A stretch of DNA of 64,000 nt from Bacteroidales bacterium (GTDB lineage Bacteria; Bacteroidota; Bacteroidia; Bacteroidales; 4484-276), in assembly GCA_035647615.1 (NCBI GenBank), contig DASRND010000008.1, positions 45,565-109,564 on the forward strand, read 5' to 3'. The first letter of the stretch is position 1. The number at the start of each line of letters is the position of its first letter. Both the position numbers and the translations under genes were made by a program. A model generated the notes under the pieces. That model saw only the letters and a list, made by a program, of their open reading frames with translations, was not told where the DNA came from and ran no database searches. Shown one piece after another: positions 37,167 to 45,733 of this stretch.

Positions 37167-37916
37167 CTAATCGTAGGGGATAAAATCCTCTTTGGTCACG
37201 CCGCATATCGGGCATGTCCAGTTGTCGGGGATATCTTCGAAGGCTGTACCGGGAGCAATGCCGGCAGGAGGATCTCCCTCGGCGGGATCGTAGATGTGAC
37301 CACAGACAGTGCAACGATATTTTTTCATCGCTTTCGCCGGCTCCTTTTTGGCGCGTCGCTCGTCCTGCTTCGATGGTTTTTCGCGAAGTGTTTCGGGCTT
37401 AAGTTTCTCTTCGCGCAGATATGTCGGCGATTTTTCGGGTGAAACACCTCTTATCACATCCCGATAGTAAGCGTAGGTAAGCGGCAACTCCTCGCCGGCA
37501 ATCACATCCAGATCAATCACACGTCCGATAAAAAGCACATGCGTCCCGATGCGCACCTCCTGCTCCACCTCGCATTCGTAATACGCAATACATTTCTCTG
37601 TGACTATGGGAGCTCCTGTTTTTCCAATCTTATGGCCGATATTTTCAAATTTATCAATATCGCGGCCGCTCTTGAAACCCCAGTTGCCCAAAAAATCGAG
37701 CGTAACCTCCTGCTGCAGCGCCGACACAGCAAAAACCCTGCTTTTGCGAATAAATTCTGTGGTGAGGTTATCGGCATGCGTGGCTACGGCAATGCGTGGC
37801 GGCTCAGCAGTAATCTGAAAAACCGTATTTGAAATGTGGCCATTTAATCGGGCATCGTCTTTTGAAGTAAGTAAATAAAGCCCGTAGGTAAGTTTAAAAA
37901 AAGCTTCGTAATTCAT
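37167..37916 (-). CDS. Flavin reductase-like domain fused to a C-terminal rubredoxin
   Basis: The N-terminal roughly 170 aa are a flavin reductase/FMN-binding split barrel ([10 protein letters not shown]...). A Lys/Glu-rich linker ([32 protein letters not shown]) follows. The rubredoxin is [16 protein letters not shown]...[15 protein letters not shown], with two CxxC pairs. Confidence 0.85.
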   Translation of the reverse strand: MNYEAFFKLTYGLYLLTSKDDARLNGHISNTVFQITAEPPRIAVATHADNLTTEFIRKSRVFAVSALQQEVTLDFLGNWGFKSGRDIDKFENIGHKIGKTGAPIVTEKCIAYYECEVEQEVRIGTHVLFIGRVIDLDVIAGEELPLTYAYYRDVIRGVSPEKSPTYLREEKLKPETLREKPSKQDERRAKKEPAKAMKKYRCTVCGHIYDPAEGDPPAGIAPGTAFEDIPDNWTCPICGVTKEDFIPYD

Positions 37917-38015
37917 CTGGGTGTGTTTTGAACGTTAATTTTTAGACGGTAAAAGTAGTAAAGAAAATGGAAAAGTTGTCGGGTTGTCGGAAACTCGTAA
38001 TTTGAATTGGATGGG

Positions 38016-38067
38016 GTTTGGACGAGGCTGTGCCTCGTTCAGTCTATGTTTTACAGGCTTTGCCTGT
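38016..38067 (+). repeat. 52-nt double-hairpin interspersed repeat (family R1)
   Basis: In gtttggacgaggctgtgcctcgttcagtctatgttttacaggctttgcctgt, the hairpins are GAGGC-N3-GCCTC and ACAGGC-N3-GCCTGT. Confidence 0.8.
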
Positions 38068-38287
38068 TGCTGTCTTTTTACAATTGAATTGATAAAGACA
38101 GGTGAAGCCCACCCCCAAAAGCTAACCCGAACGATAGTGAAAAATTTGTCAGTTTATCAGATTATTGTGTTGGCCAGGTAAGCAGCGCAAACTTATGACC
38201 TGAAATATGCAGCCGAGGCGACGTCTGGCAAAACATTCCGGGAGATTGCACGTTAAAACCCACATCAAAAGATTAACTTGCCGCGAC

Positions 38288-39316
38288 ATGATAAGTAAAA
38301 TATCGAAAACAGGAATTGGTCTACTGATGATTGTGGTATTGTTGGCCGGCTGTCGCAACTACGAGTATTTTACAATCACCGTGCTGGAACCCGGCGAGCT
38401 TTTCCTTCCCGATCAATACCAAACCTTACTTCTGGTGCACAACACACCCTCCGATTCTGATGCAGAACGCGGTACATTGTACAACATTTTCGATCAGGTG
38501 TATTACGACTCCACCAACCGCAGCGACGCTCTGGCTGCTGCCGCCAAAAATACACTCGAAGAGATGGTAGAAATGGTCGGGAGCTTCCAAATCGAAAACC
38601 CTGATTCTGTTACCCTGCATCTGCCAGCCTATGCCACTGATTTTACTGAATTCCACATAAGTCAGCTCCGCAGGCTATGCAACCAGAACGGAGCAGAAGC
38701 GGTAGTTTTGCTGCTTTCTCTCGACAAAATCGTAAGCTATGATATTTACTATGGTAATTTGGGCAACGATGTCGGGGAATTTTCGGTGGTGATGGTGGGC
38801 AAATGGCTTTTGATAGATCCTTTTAACTCTAAACTCATCGACAACAAAACCATTCGGGATACGCTGTACATGACCATAAAAAATCCCTACAACATGTCCG
38901 ACAGTGAGAACATGGCCGTCAGTCAGCAGCTTCTCACCGAAAGTGCAATACAAAATGCCATCAATTACGGAATGTATCTCTCTCCACATTTTGCGCAGAG
39001 CCAGCGGATGATCTTTCAACGCGGCCACCGTTACATCCGGCGTGGATACAAAGAAGCAAAAGATAACAACTGGACAGATGCAGCGATATGGTGGCGCAAA
39101 GTTATGCCACTGCCCGACAACAGCTTGCGCGCTATAGCGTCGTTTAATCTGGGTGTGGCCAGCGAAATGGAAGGATTGCTGGAATCTGCTCTTGACTGGG
39201 CAAAAATTTCTTATGAGTTTTTTCCCGACACGCTCAACGGCACCTATCTGCACTTACTGCAGCAGCGCCTCGACCAGCAGAAAGATATTATCATGCAAAT
39301 GGAAGAGCAGGAATAG
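38288..39316 (+). CDS. Uncharacterised lipoprotein with C-terminal TPR-like helical region
   Basis: A lipoprotein signal (GLLMIVVLLAGC) follows the ATG at 38288. The C-terminus is AIWWRKVM...SFNLGVASEMEGLLESALDWAKISYEFFPD. I do not recognise a family with confidence. Confidence 0.6.
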   Translation: MISKISKTGIGLLMIVVLLAGCRNYEYFTITVLEPGELFLPDQYQTLLLVHNTPSDSDAERGTLYNIFDQVYYDSTNRSDALAAAAKNTLEEMVEMVGSFQIENPDSVTLHLPAYATDFTEFHISQLRRLCNQNGAEAVVLLLSLDKIVSYDIYYGNLGNDVGEFSVVMVGKWLLIDPFNSKLIDNKTIRDTLYMTIKNPYNMSDSENMAVSQQLLTESAIQNAINYGMYLSPHFAQSQRMIFQRGHRYIRRGYKEAKDNNWTDAAIWWRKVMPLPDNSLRAIASFNLGVASEMEGLLESALDWAKISYEFFPDTLNGTYLHLLQQRLDQQKDIIMQMEEQE

Positions 39317-39421
39317 CAGCCTCCACTAAAATAATCTGCAAAAGTTTAAGCCATGATAACGAAGTGGGAACTTCGATGTCATGGCTGGTGAAACAACTTC
39401 GTGCCTGCTTCCTATGCGGCA

Positions 39422-39679
39422 TTACGAATAATCATCGGAGGCATCCTTCTGGTAATATCGGTCGACAACCACGCGGGCGTCGCCCAGGTCGTCTTTGCCC
39501 ACATACACACTTACGCCCCCCCCTATACTTTGCGACTCTTCGTTGGGTGCATCCATCCCCCATATCTCATCGCCCAGGTAAGCCTCGATTTCATTATCCA
39601 TGAGCATGTTTCTGATCTGATCAGCTTGCCATGCAGTTCCCGAAAAAATTTCGGTAGGCTTTAATTCCTTAATGTCCAT
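39422..39679 (-). CDS. Small DUF2007-like (putative signal-transducing) protein
   Basis: It is 85 aa from the ATG at 39679 (MDIKELKPTEIFSGTAWQADQIRNMLMDNEIEAYL...VYVGKDDLGDARVVVDRY). The longer 119-aa ORF adds a non-compelling extension. The family call is tentative. Confidence 0.45.
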   Translation of the reverse strand: MDIKELKPTEIFSGTAWQADQIRNMLMDNEIEAYLGDEIWGMDAPNEESQSIGGGVSVYVGKDDLGDARVVVDRYYQKDASDDYS

Positions 39680-39870
39680 ATCTAATGAGTTTTCGTGAAT
39701 TAATCTGTTGCTAAAAGTAACACTTTTCCCTTGATTGCAGCAAAAGATAAAAAACAAAATTTTCAACAAAGTTGTCAACAAAACAGTAAAACGAATTGTG
39801 ATTCTCTGCTGCGATAACAGAACTTAATATCTGTAAGGGACAGGGGTGCCTCCCGGCGAAATTATTTTCT

Positions 39871-39878
39871 TAATTTTG
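39871..39878 (+). promoter_or_regulatory. Candidate -7 box (TAATTTTG) for the DMT transporter gene
   Basis: It fits TAnnTTTG and lies 19 nt upstream of the ATG at 39897. It falls inside the GTG-started extension listed in the ORF track, which argues for 39897. Confidence 0.4.
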
Positions 39879-39896
39879 CCCACTTTTAAAAGGACG

Positions 39897-40823
39897 ATGA
39901 CGGAAAAGAAAAGTATAATTTTAGGAGCTACTGCCGTGAGCATATCAGCCATCTTGTGGGGATTTGATGGCGTAGTGCTTACTCCAAGTCTCTACAACCT
40001 CAACGTTTCCTATGTGGTATTGGTGCTGCATCTGGTACCTTTTCTTATCATGAATTTATTTCTTTACAAGCAGTACCGCACGCTGAAGCTCTTTTCGCAG
40101 GACGATTTCATCTTCATGTTTCTCGTTGCGCTCTTTGGCGGGGCCATCGGTACGCTGTCGATTGTTAAGGCTTTATTTCTGGTTAACTTCCAGAACCTTA
40201 CCATCGTGGTGCTCTTGCAAAAATTACAGCCCATCTTTGGAATTGCGCTTGCCGCAATATTTTTGAAAGAAAGGCTCGGAAAATACTACATCATCTGGGC
40301 ATCAGTGGCCATAGCCGCAGGGTATACCCTCACCTTCGGTTTTCATGCCCCAAATATCGAAAGTGGAATCAACACGATCTATGCAGCTGGCTTTGCACTG
40401 CTGGCGTCGTTTTCTTTTGGAAGCTCCACAGTTTTCAGCAAGCGCATCCTGAACCGTTACAACTTTACCACTGTCACTTTTTTCCGGTATGGTTTTACCT
40501 CCGTAATCATGCTTCTGGTGGTAATAATAATGGGAACCTACAGTGATATCTATAATACCACGCCACTCAACTGGCTTATCTTTTTTATCATCGCCATCAC
40601 CACAGGCTCAGGAGCAATCTTCCTTTATTATTTCGGACTTAAGCGTATCAAAGCCATCATCGCCATCATCTGCGAATTATTATTCCCGATCTCAGCCATC
40701 ATCTTCGACTATATTTTTAATGATTCAATACTCTCGGCAGTGCAATGGATCAGCGCCGCAGTGATGATCTTCGCCATCATCAATCTCAACCGAAAACGGG
40801 TACAGCAGGTCAAAGTCGATTAA
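39897..40823 (+). CDS. DMT superfamily (EamA-like) transporter
   Basis: It has about 10 TM helices in a two-fold EamA-like repeat architecture. Confidence 0.75.
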   Translation: MTEKKSIILGATAVSISAILWGFDGVVLTPSLYNLNVSYVVLVLHLVPFLIMNLFLYKQYRTLKLFSQDDFIFMFLVALFGGAIGTLSIVKALFLVNFQNLTIVVLLQKLQPIFGIALAAIFLKERLGKYYIIWASVAIAAGYTLTFGFHAPNIESGINTIYAAGFALLASFSFGSSTVFSKRILNRYNFTTVTFFRYGFTSVIMLLVVIIMGTYSDIYNTTPLNWLIFFIIAITTGSGAIFLYYFGLKRIKAIIAIICELLFPISAIIFDYIFNDSILSAVQWISAAVMIFAIINLNRKRVQQVKVD

Positions 40824-41025
40824 AAGTTGTCTCATTAATAATTTTGGCGTTTGCGCTAATGAGTATTTAAAAGGTAGCTCGGATAGGTGCCTGCATATTT
40901 TAAGCTTTTGTAATCCCGATTAATGAGACTGCCCCTCTACTAACACACAGTCATAAAAAAGCCCCGGCTTTTACACCAGGGCTATGATATGAAACAACAA
41001 AGTCCTTAGCAAGACTTCGTTTTTT

Positions 41026-44000
41026 TTAATGCATCAACATGACCCTGCGTGTGTAGCAGGTGTCGGCAGTATAAATTTTCAAAAGATAGATTCCGTTTTG
41101 TATCGATCCAACCTGCAACTGGGTATTATCGGCAGATAAAGTATGAAAAGAAATGCTTCTGCCCGACAGGTCTGTAAGTTCTGTTGCTACGATAGGTACA
41201 TCAGCCCTGATATTTATCAGATCGTTTGCCGGGTTGGGATAAACCTTTATTACACTCTTTTTGTATTCAGCGAAACCGATACTGCTATCTACAAAGATAA
41301 AATTCTGAATAGTCCTGGTGTCGGTACCATTCACGTTTTCAACCACCAGCGTTACGTCGTAATAGCCTGACACCAGATAAGTGATCAGTGGATGCTGTGC
41401 GGTGGAAGTTCCGGGACTACCGCCTTCAAAAGTCCAGTTCCAGGCAATTGGATTATTAATGGTCAGATCTGTGAACTGAACCGAATGACCCGGCCAGATG
41501 TGCGTGCTGTCAGCAGTAAAATCGGCTATCGGCAATAGTAATTCTTCTACAAAAATATAATCTACGATGGTTTTGGTATCAGTACCATAGGCATTTTCAA
41601 CCACCAGCGTCACGTCGTAATATCCCGGTGAGTTGTAGGTTATCAAAGGATTCTGAACCGAAGAAGTGGCCGGCGTGCCGCCTTCAAAAGTCCAGTTCCA
41701 GGAGGTCGGATTGTTAATGGTCAAATCCGTGAACTGAACGGTGTGACCCGGCCAGGTGTGCGTGCTGTCGGCAACAAAGTCGGCTACCGGCAACAGCAAT
41801 TCTTCTACGAAAATGTAGTTTTCGATGGTCTTGGTATCAGTACCGTAGGCGTTTACAACTACCAGTGTTACGTCATAATACCCTGGTGAGTTGTAGGTTA
41901 CCAAAGGATCCTGAGCTATAGAAGTGGCTGGCGTGCCGCCTTCAAAAGTCCAACTCCAGGAGGTGGGATTATTGGCAGACATATCCGTGAACTGAACTGA
42001 TTGACCCAGCCAGATGTGCGTGTTGTCAGCAGTAAAATCTGCAATTGGCAGCAGTGGCAACTCGCTACAACTGATTACTGCTTTCCATCCTGGCTTGTTT
42101 ACGCTGTAATCGCTGTGAAAAACGAATGTGAGCGCACCTTCGGCATTGCTGGCTTCGATAGTTCCCGGCGAGGTGGTTCCGCAGTAGGTACCGATTAACG
42201 GTGCCGATGAAGAAATCCCGTTGTAAATCTTCAGCCAGTCGTAGCTGCATGAAGAATTAGGCTCAACACTAAATTCCAGAAAATCGACGATGATGTTGCT
42301 GCCTGCTGTTTCCGGCTTAAAAGTCATCGTATAGTCTTCGTTATTCCCGTAATTGCCACTGGAACCACCAGAATCGTAAAACAAACCGGTGCAGGTAGTA
42401 ATGGTTTGATTGCCCATGAGAAATTCGGCATTAACAGAGATATAATTTTCTTTGACGATGGTTTCACTATTACCACCGGCATCTGTCACAGTGAGAGAAA
42501 CGTCAAAGTTTCCTATTTGGCTGTAAAGCACATTTTGTGGGTTTTTTACAGTTGAAGTGGCCGGCTGACCACCTTCAAAAGTCCAGCTCCAGCTCACAGG
42601 ATTCCCATACGACAAATCCGTAAAATTAACCGTGCTACCCATCGACACGGAGGTAGCCGAAGCCGAAAAGTCGGGAATCAGCGTGCCGGCATCGAGCTGT
42701 ACATTAAGGTTAACCGTTGCATAGCGCGAAACCTGCACATTGTTGATGGTCTGCGGAAAATGCCCCGGTGCTGAAAAGGTGAAATTATAACTGCCGGCCT
42801 CAATCGGGCGTTGATAAAACCCTGTGACCGGACTTGTAAAAACCATCGAGCTATCCGCATCATGGTTTTCAATGCTAATCATGGCAGCCAGCGGATCGCC
42901 AGTTACCATATCCGTCACAGTACCATTTACACCATAAGTTGCCTGACGCATGTAGTTGAGCATTGATCTGTAATTATAATTCCAGTGCGCCGGAAGCTGG
43001 CTTGGCGACAGCAGCTTTGTGTTTGATAGCTCCATCGTTAGTTCGCGACACTGCTGAAAATAAGTCATGTAATCCTGGCGTGAACCAGTGATCGAATACC
43101 ATTGATAACCGTTGGTGACACCGTTGTTGAGAGCAGTGAGATAACCGGTGGGGGCATAAACGTGCACCGTGTCAGCATATTCGCGGCTCACAAAGTAGAG
43201 CCAGTCATCGTCGGCATGCAGGCGCGACCAGGTATCCCACGGATAGTTGATCACCTCAGAGCCGCCGTGCGTATTGGCCGACATCACAAAATTGTTTTCT
43301 TCTGCCATTTGCATAAATGCGATTGTTTCGGGTTGCCAGGCTTTACCGTCGGGATGAGGTCCATCTTTCGGATCGGGGTAGTTGCGGTTGAGATCCACAT
43401 TGTTGGCGTTGTAACGTGTAGATCCGTAAACTGTGTTGTTGCCACCGGCATACGTGCCGTCAGGATTGGCAGCGGGGTTGATCCAAATCTCCGAATTATT
43501 TACTAAAGCGGCAATCTCCGGATTGGTAGCGTAGTTCTCGAGAAGATAATCGATCATACGCAGCAGAATGATATAGCCAGCGGTTTCGTCGCCGTGCATG
43601 GTGCCGGTGTAAAGAAATTGCGGCTCAGCCTCTCGTGTGCCCACATTATCAGAAATTTTAGCAACCATCAACTGGCGCCCCTGCGTTGTTTGCCCAATGC
43701 TAAACACCTGACACAAATCGGGATATTCGATGGCATATTGGTTCATCATCGAGATGTAAGCTTCGTAAGTAGGATAGAAATCCCAATCATCGATGGCTTT
43801 GATATTGACATCGTGGAGCATGCGCGGATTTTTGATCAGCTCGCCGGGCTTGGGCAACACTTCAAAAGAAAGCTCACTTTTGAGAAAGTCAGCAAATTCT
43901 TCCTTATTTGCGTAAGCGAAAACATCATCGCCCCGCACAGCATCGATGGAGATCTGGCTCGAAAGGCGCTGCAGATCGGCGTCGGATTTCTCAAATTTGA

Positions 44001-44112
44001 AATAGATTTCGCCGCGTTTGCCAAAAAGCTCATTCACATTTACCTGCTGCGCCCACAAAGAACCCAGCGTTACGAAAAGTGAGAAAATTAATATCGGTAA
44101 TCTTTTAAGCAT
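41026..44112 (-). CDS. Secreted M14 zinc carboxypeptidase with CarbopepD_reg-like, PKD (x4) and CUB-like domains and a T9SS C-terminal sorting domain
   Basis: The M14 zinc site is TGTMHGDETAGY, with NPDG and HGGSEVINYPWD also present. There are four PKD-like repeats (WTFEGG.PATS), a CUB-like segment (CSYDWLKIYNG...TYCG) and a CTD (VYPNPANDLINI...GIYLLKIY). I prefer the start at 44112 (MLKRLPILIFSL...), with the alternative ATG at 44139 overlapping dapA by 11 nt. Confidence 0.9.
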   Translation of the reverse strand: MLKRLPILIFSLFVTLGSLWAQQVNVNELFGKRGEIYFKFEKSDADLQRLSSQISIDAVRGDDVFAYANKEEFADFLKSELSFEVLPKPGELIKNPRMLHDVNIKAIDDWDFYPTYEAYISMMNQYAIEYPDLCQVFSIGQTTQGRQLMVAKISDNVGTREAEPQFLYTGTMHGDETAGYIILLRMIDYLLENYATNPEIAALVNNSEIWINPAANPDGTYAGGNNTVYGSTRYNANNVDLNRNYPDPKDGPHPDGKAWQPETIAFMQMAEENNFVMSANTHGGSEVINYPWDTWSRLHADDDWLYFVSREYADTVHVYAPTGYLTALNNGVTNGYQWYSITGSRQDYMTYFQQCRELTMELSNTKLLSPSQLPAHWNYNYRSMLNYMRQATYGVNGTVTDMVTGDPLAAMISIENHDADSSMVFTSPVTGFYQRPIEAGSYNFTFSAPGHFPQTINNVQVSRYATVNLNVQLDAGTLIPDFSASATSVSMGSTVNFTDLSYGNPVSWSWTFEGGQPATSTVKNPQNVLYSQIGNFDVSLTVTDAGGNSETIVKENYISVNAEFLMGNQTITTCTGLFYDSGGSSGNYGNNEDYTMTFKPETAGSNIIVDFLEFSVEPNSSCSYDWLKIYNGISSSAPLIGTYCGTTSPGTIEASNAEGALTFVFHSDYSVNKPGWKAVISCSELPLLPIADFTADNTHIWLGQSVQFTDMSANNPTSWSWTFEGGTPATSIAQDPLVTYNSPGYYDVTLVVVNAYGTDTKTIENYIFVEELLLPVADFVADSTHTWPGHTVQFTDLTINNPTSWNWTFEGGTPATSSVQNPLITYNSPGYYDVTLVVENAYGTDTKTIVDYIFVEELLLPIADFTADSTHIWPGHSVQFTDLTINNPIAWNWTFEGGSPGTSTAQHPLITYLVSGYYDVTLVVENVNGTDTRTIQNFIFVDSSIGFAEYKKSVIKVYPNPANDLINIRADVPIVATELTDLSGRSISFHTLSADNTQLQVGSIQNGIYLLKIYTADTCYTRRVMLMH
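41294..42064. repeat. In-frame 258-nt tandem triplication inside the M14 peptidase gene (three PKD domains)
   Basis: The period is measured from the repeated ttcttctac landmark at 41550 and 41808, giving 258 nt. The three 86-aa units are mostly identical (LLP(I/V)ADF(T/V)AD.TH.W.G..VQFTD...NNP..W.WTFEGG.P.TS). Confidence 0.85.
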
Positions 44113-44128
44113 TTTTTGATTTTGGTTT

Positions 44129-45013
44129 TTATGAAACAAATTCGTTGATTAAGCTCGATAACTGCAGATAAACAGACTTGTTGACTTTCACCACCGGAAG
44201 TCGCAGGTTGTTTTGCGCCAGGTTGAGGATTTGCAGCGCTGCCTTGATTCCTCCGGGGCTGCCATCTTCAAATAATGTCCTTATGATGTCGGACAATTGG
44301 TAGTGAACCTTGCGGGCAGCCACAAAATCGCCTTTGAGACAAAGATTTACCATCGACGAAAATTGTGCGGGGAAAGCATTGGCCACCACCGAAATTACAC
44401 CTTCGGCACCCAAAGCTATCAGCGGAAGCGTCAACGCATCATCGCCCGAAATCACCTGAAATCCCTTTGGTTTGTTTTTAATAATTTGTGTTATCTGTTC
44501 AAAGTTAGCGGAAGCCTCTTTGATAGCTACAATATTTTTGAAATCGTTGGCAAGTTGCAACGTTGTTTCTGCCTGCATATTAGAGCCGGTTCGTCCTGGT
44601 ACATTGTACAAAATCATCGGCACCGGCGAAACACTTGCAATGGTTTTGAAATGGTTGTAAAGCCCCTTTTGCTGTGGTTTGTTGTAATAAGGACATACCG
44701 AAAGAATGGCATCGATGCCCTCGAAGCTGCTGGATTTGATGGTTTCGACAATATCCTGTGTATTATTGCCCCCTATCCCTTTTACAATCGGCACCCGCTG
44801 GTTGCAGGTTTCGATAACGAAATCCACCACCGCATTTTTCTCGTCAGCCGACAGCGTCACCGACTCGCCGGTAGTTCCCAGAACCACCAGATAATCCACA
44901 CCGCTGGTGATGGTATGTTCTACAACTTGTTGTAACGACCCGAAATCGACGGTGCCGTATTTATGAAAAGGCGTCACAAGGGCGACACCCGTTCCCGTAA
45001 AATTTTTCTTCAT
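44129..45013 (-). CDS. dapA: 4-hydroxy-tetrahydrodipicolinate synthase
   Basis: GTGVALVTPF, GTTGE and the active-site region (...IVAIKEAS...) are present. At 294 aa it is a typical DapA. Confidence 0.93.
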   Translation of the reverse strand: MKKNFTGTGVALVTPFHKYGTVDFGSLQQVVEHTITSGVDYLVVLGTTGESVTLSADEKNAVVDFVIETCNQRVPIVKGIGGNNTQDIVETIKSSSFEGIDAILSVCPYYNKPQQKGLYNHFKTIASVSPVPMILYNVPGRTGSNMQAETTLQLANDFKNIVAIKEASANFEQITQIIKNKPKGFQVISGDDALTLPLIALGAEGVISVVANAFPAQFSSMVNLCLKGDFVAARKVHYQLSDIIRTLFEDGSPGGIKAALQILNLAQNNLRLPVVKVNKSVYLQLSSLINEFVS

Positions 45014-45567
45014 GGTTTTGATGTATTGAGCAGCGCGAGATATTCCATCATCGCTGATATAAATTCGTCAAAGCTCATCTGGTCGTTGGCTTTGATCATA
45101 AAATCGTAAACTGAAAGCAGGTGAGGACGATATTTTCCGGCACGCAACGTCGCATTGCCAAAACCGGCTACGTAATAAAGTGGAAGATGCTCGGTGAGCG
45201 AAAGATCGATGAGCAGGTCAAATTGCTCTTTTACGAAATCTTTTGCAAATTCATTGGCGGGAACTCCAAGAAGATTGACAGCTTTTTTCGAAAAGATGTC
45301 CATCTGCAACTGCGCCATGTAATAATCAGGAACCTCGCGCGTAGGGACATAAGCGATCACTTTCACACGCTTGCCCTCGGCTTCGAGCTGTTTCTTGAGC
45401 CGCAACACACTTTTGTATTTTTCCTCGTCGTCGAGCACAAAGATCAGCCCGATGAATTTACTGGCAGAAAGAGAGATATTTTTGGGCTCCGGCTTGCGGC
45501 TGCGTTGTTCGCGGCCAATGCGCGCAAGCATAAATCGTTGTTTGAGTGTGAAAAATATTTCTTTCAT
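45010..45567 (-). CDS. Conserved hypothetical protein, translationally coupled to dapA
   Basis: 185 aa. Its stop overlaps the dapA start by 4 nt (ATGA). A TATCTTTG box lies 44 nt upstream. I cannot assign a family with confidence. Confidence 0.6.
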   Translation of the reverse strand: MKEIFFTLKQRFMLARIGREQRSRKPEPKNISLSASKFIGLIFVLDDEEKYKSVLRLKKQLEAEGKRVKVIAYVPTREVPDYYMAQLQMDIFSKKAVNLLGVPANEFAKDFVKEQFDLLIDLSLTEHLPLYYVAGFGNATLRAGKYRPHLLSVYDFMIKANDQMSFDEFISAMMEYLALLNTSKP

Positions 45568-45610
45568 TAAAACTAGAAATAGGACATCAAAAGTAAAAAA
45601 CTAAGGAAGG

Positions 45611-45618
45611 CAAAGATA
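45611..45618 (-). promoter_or_regulatory. Candidate -7 box (TATCTTTG) for the hyp-dapA(-M14) transcription unit
   Basis: The reverse complement of caaagata lies 44 nt upstream of the ATG at 45567. Confidence 0.45.
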
Positions 45619-45733
45619 CTTTTAACAATGATATTTTGCCGGTGTTCTTAAATTATTGATGGTACCTTGCCGAAAGTCATCCGCACTTTTTCTATTTTTA
45701 CAAAAAAATAAGTTTAATAACGCTATCATTATC

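Noticed and set aside
40824-41025. Possible small gene or terminator cluster between the DMT transporter and the M14 peptidase genes
   Set aside because: Only short hairpins are present (ctcatta/taatgag, agccccgg/ccagggct). There is no convincing ORF or T-run in the right orientation, so there is not enough evidence to call a feature.
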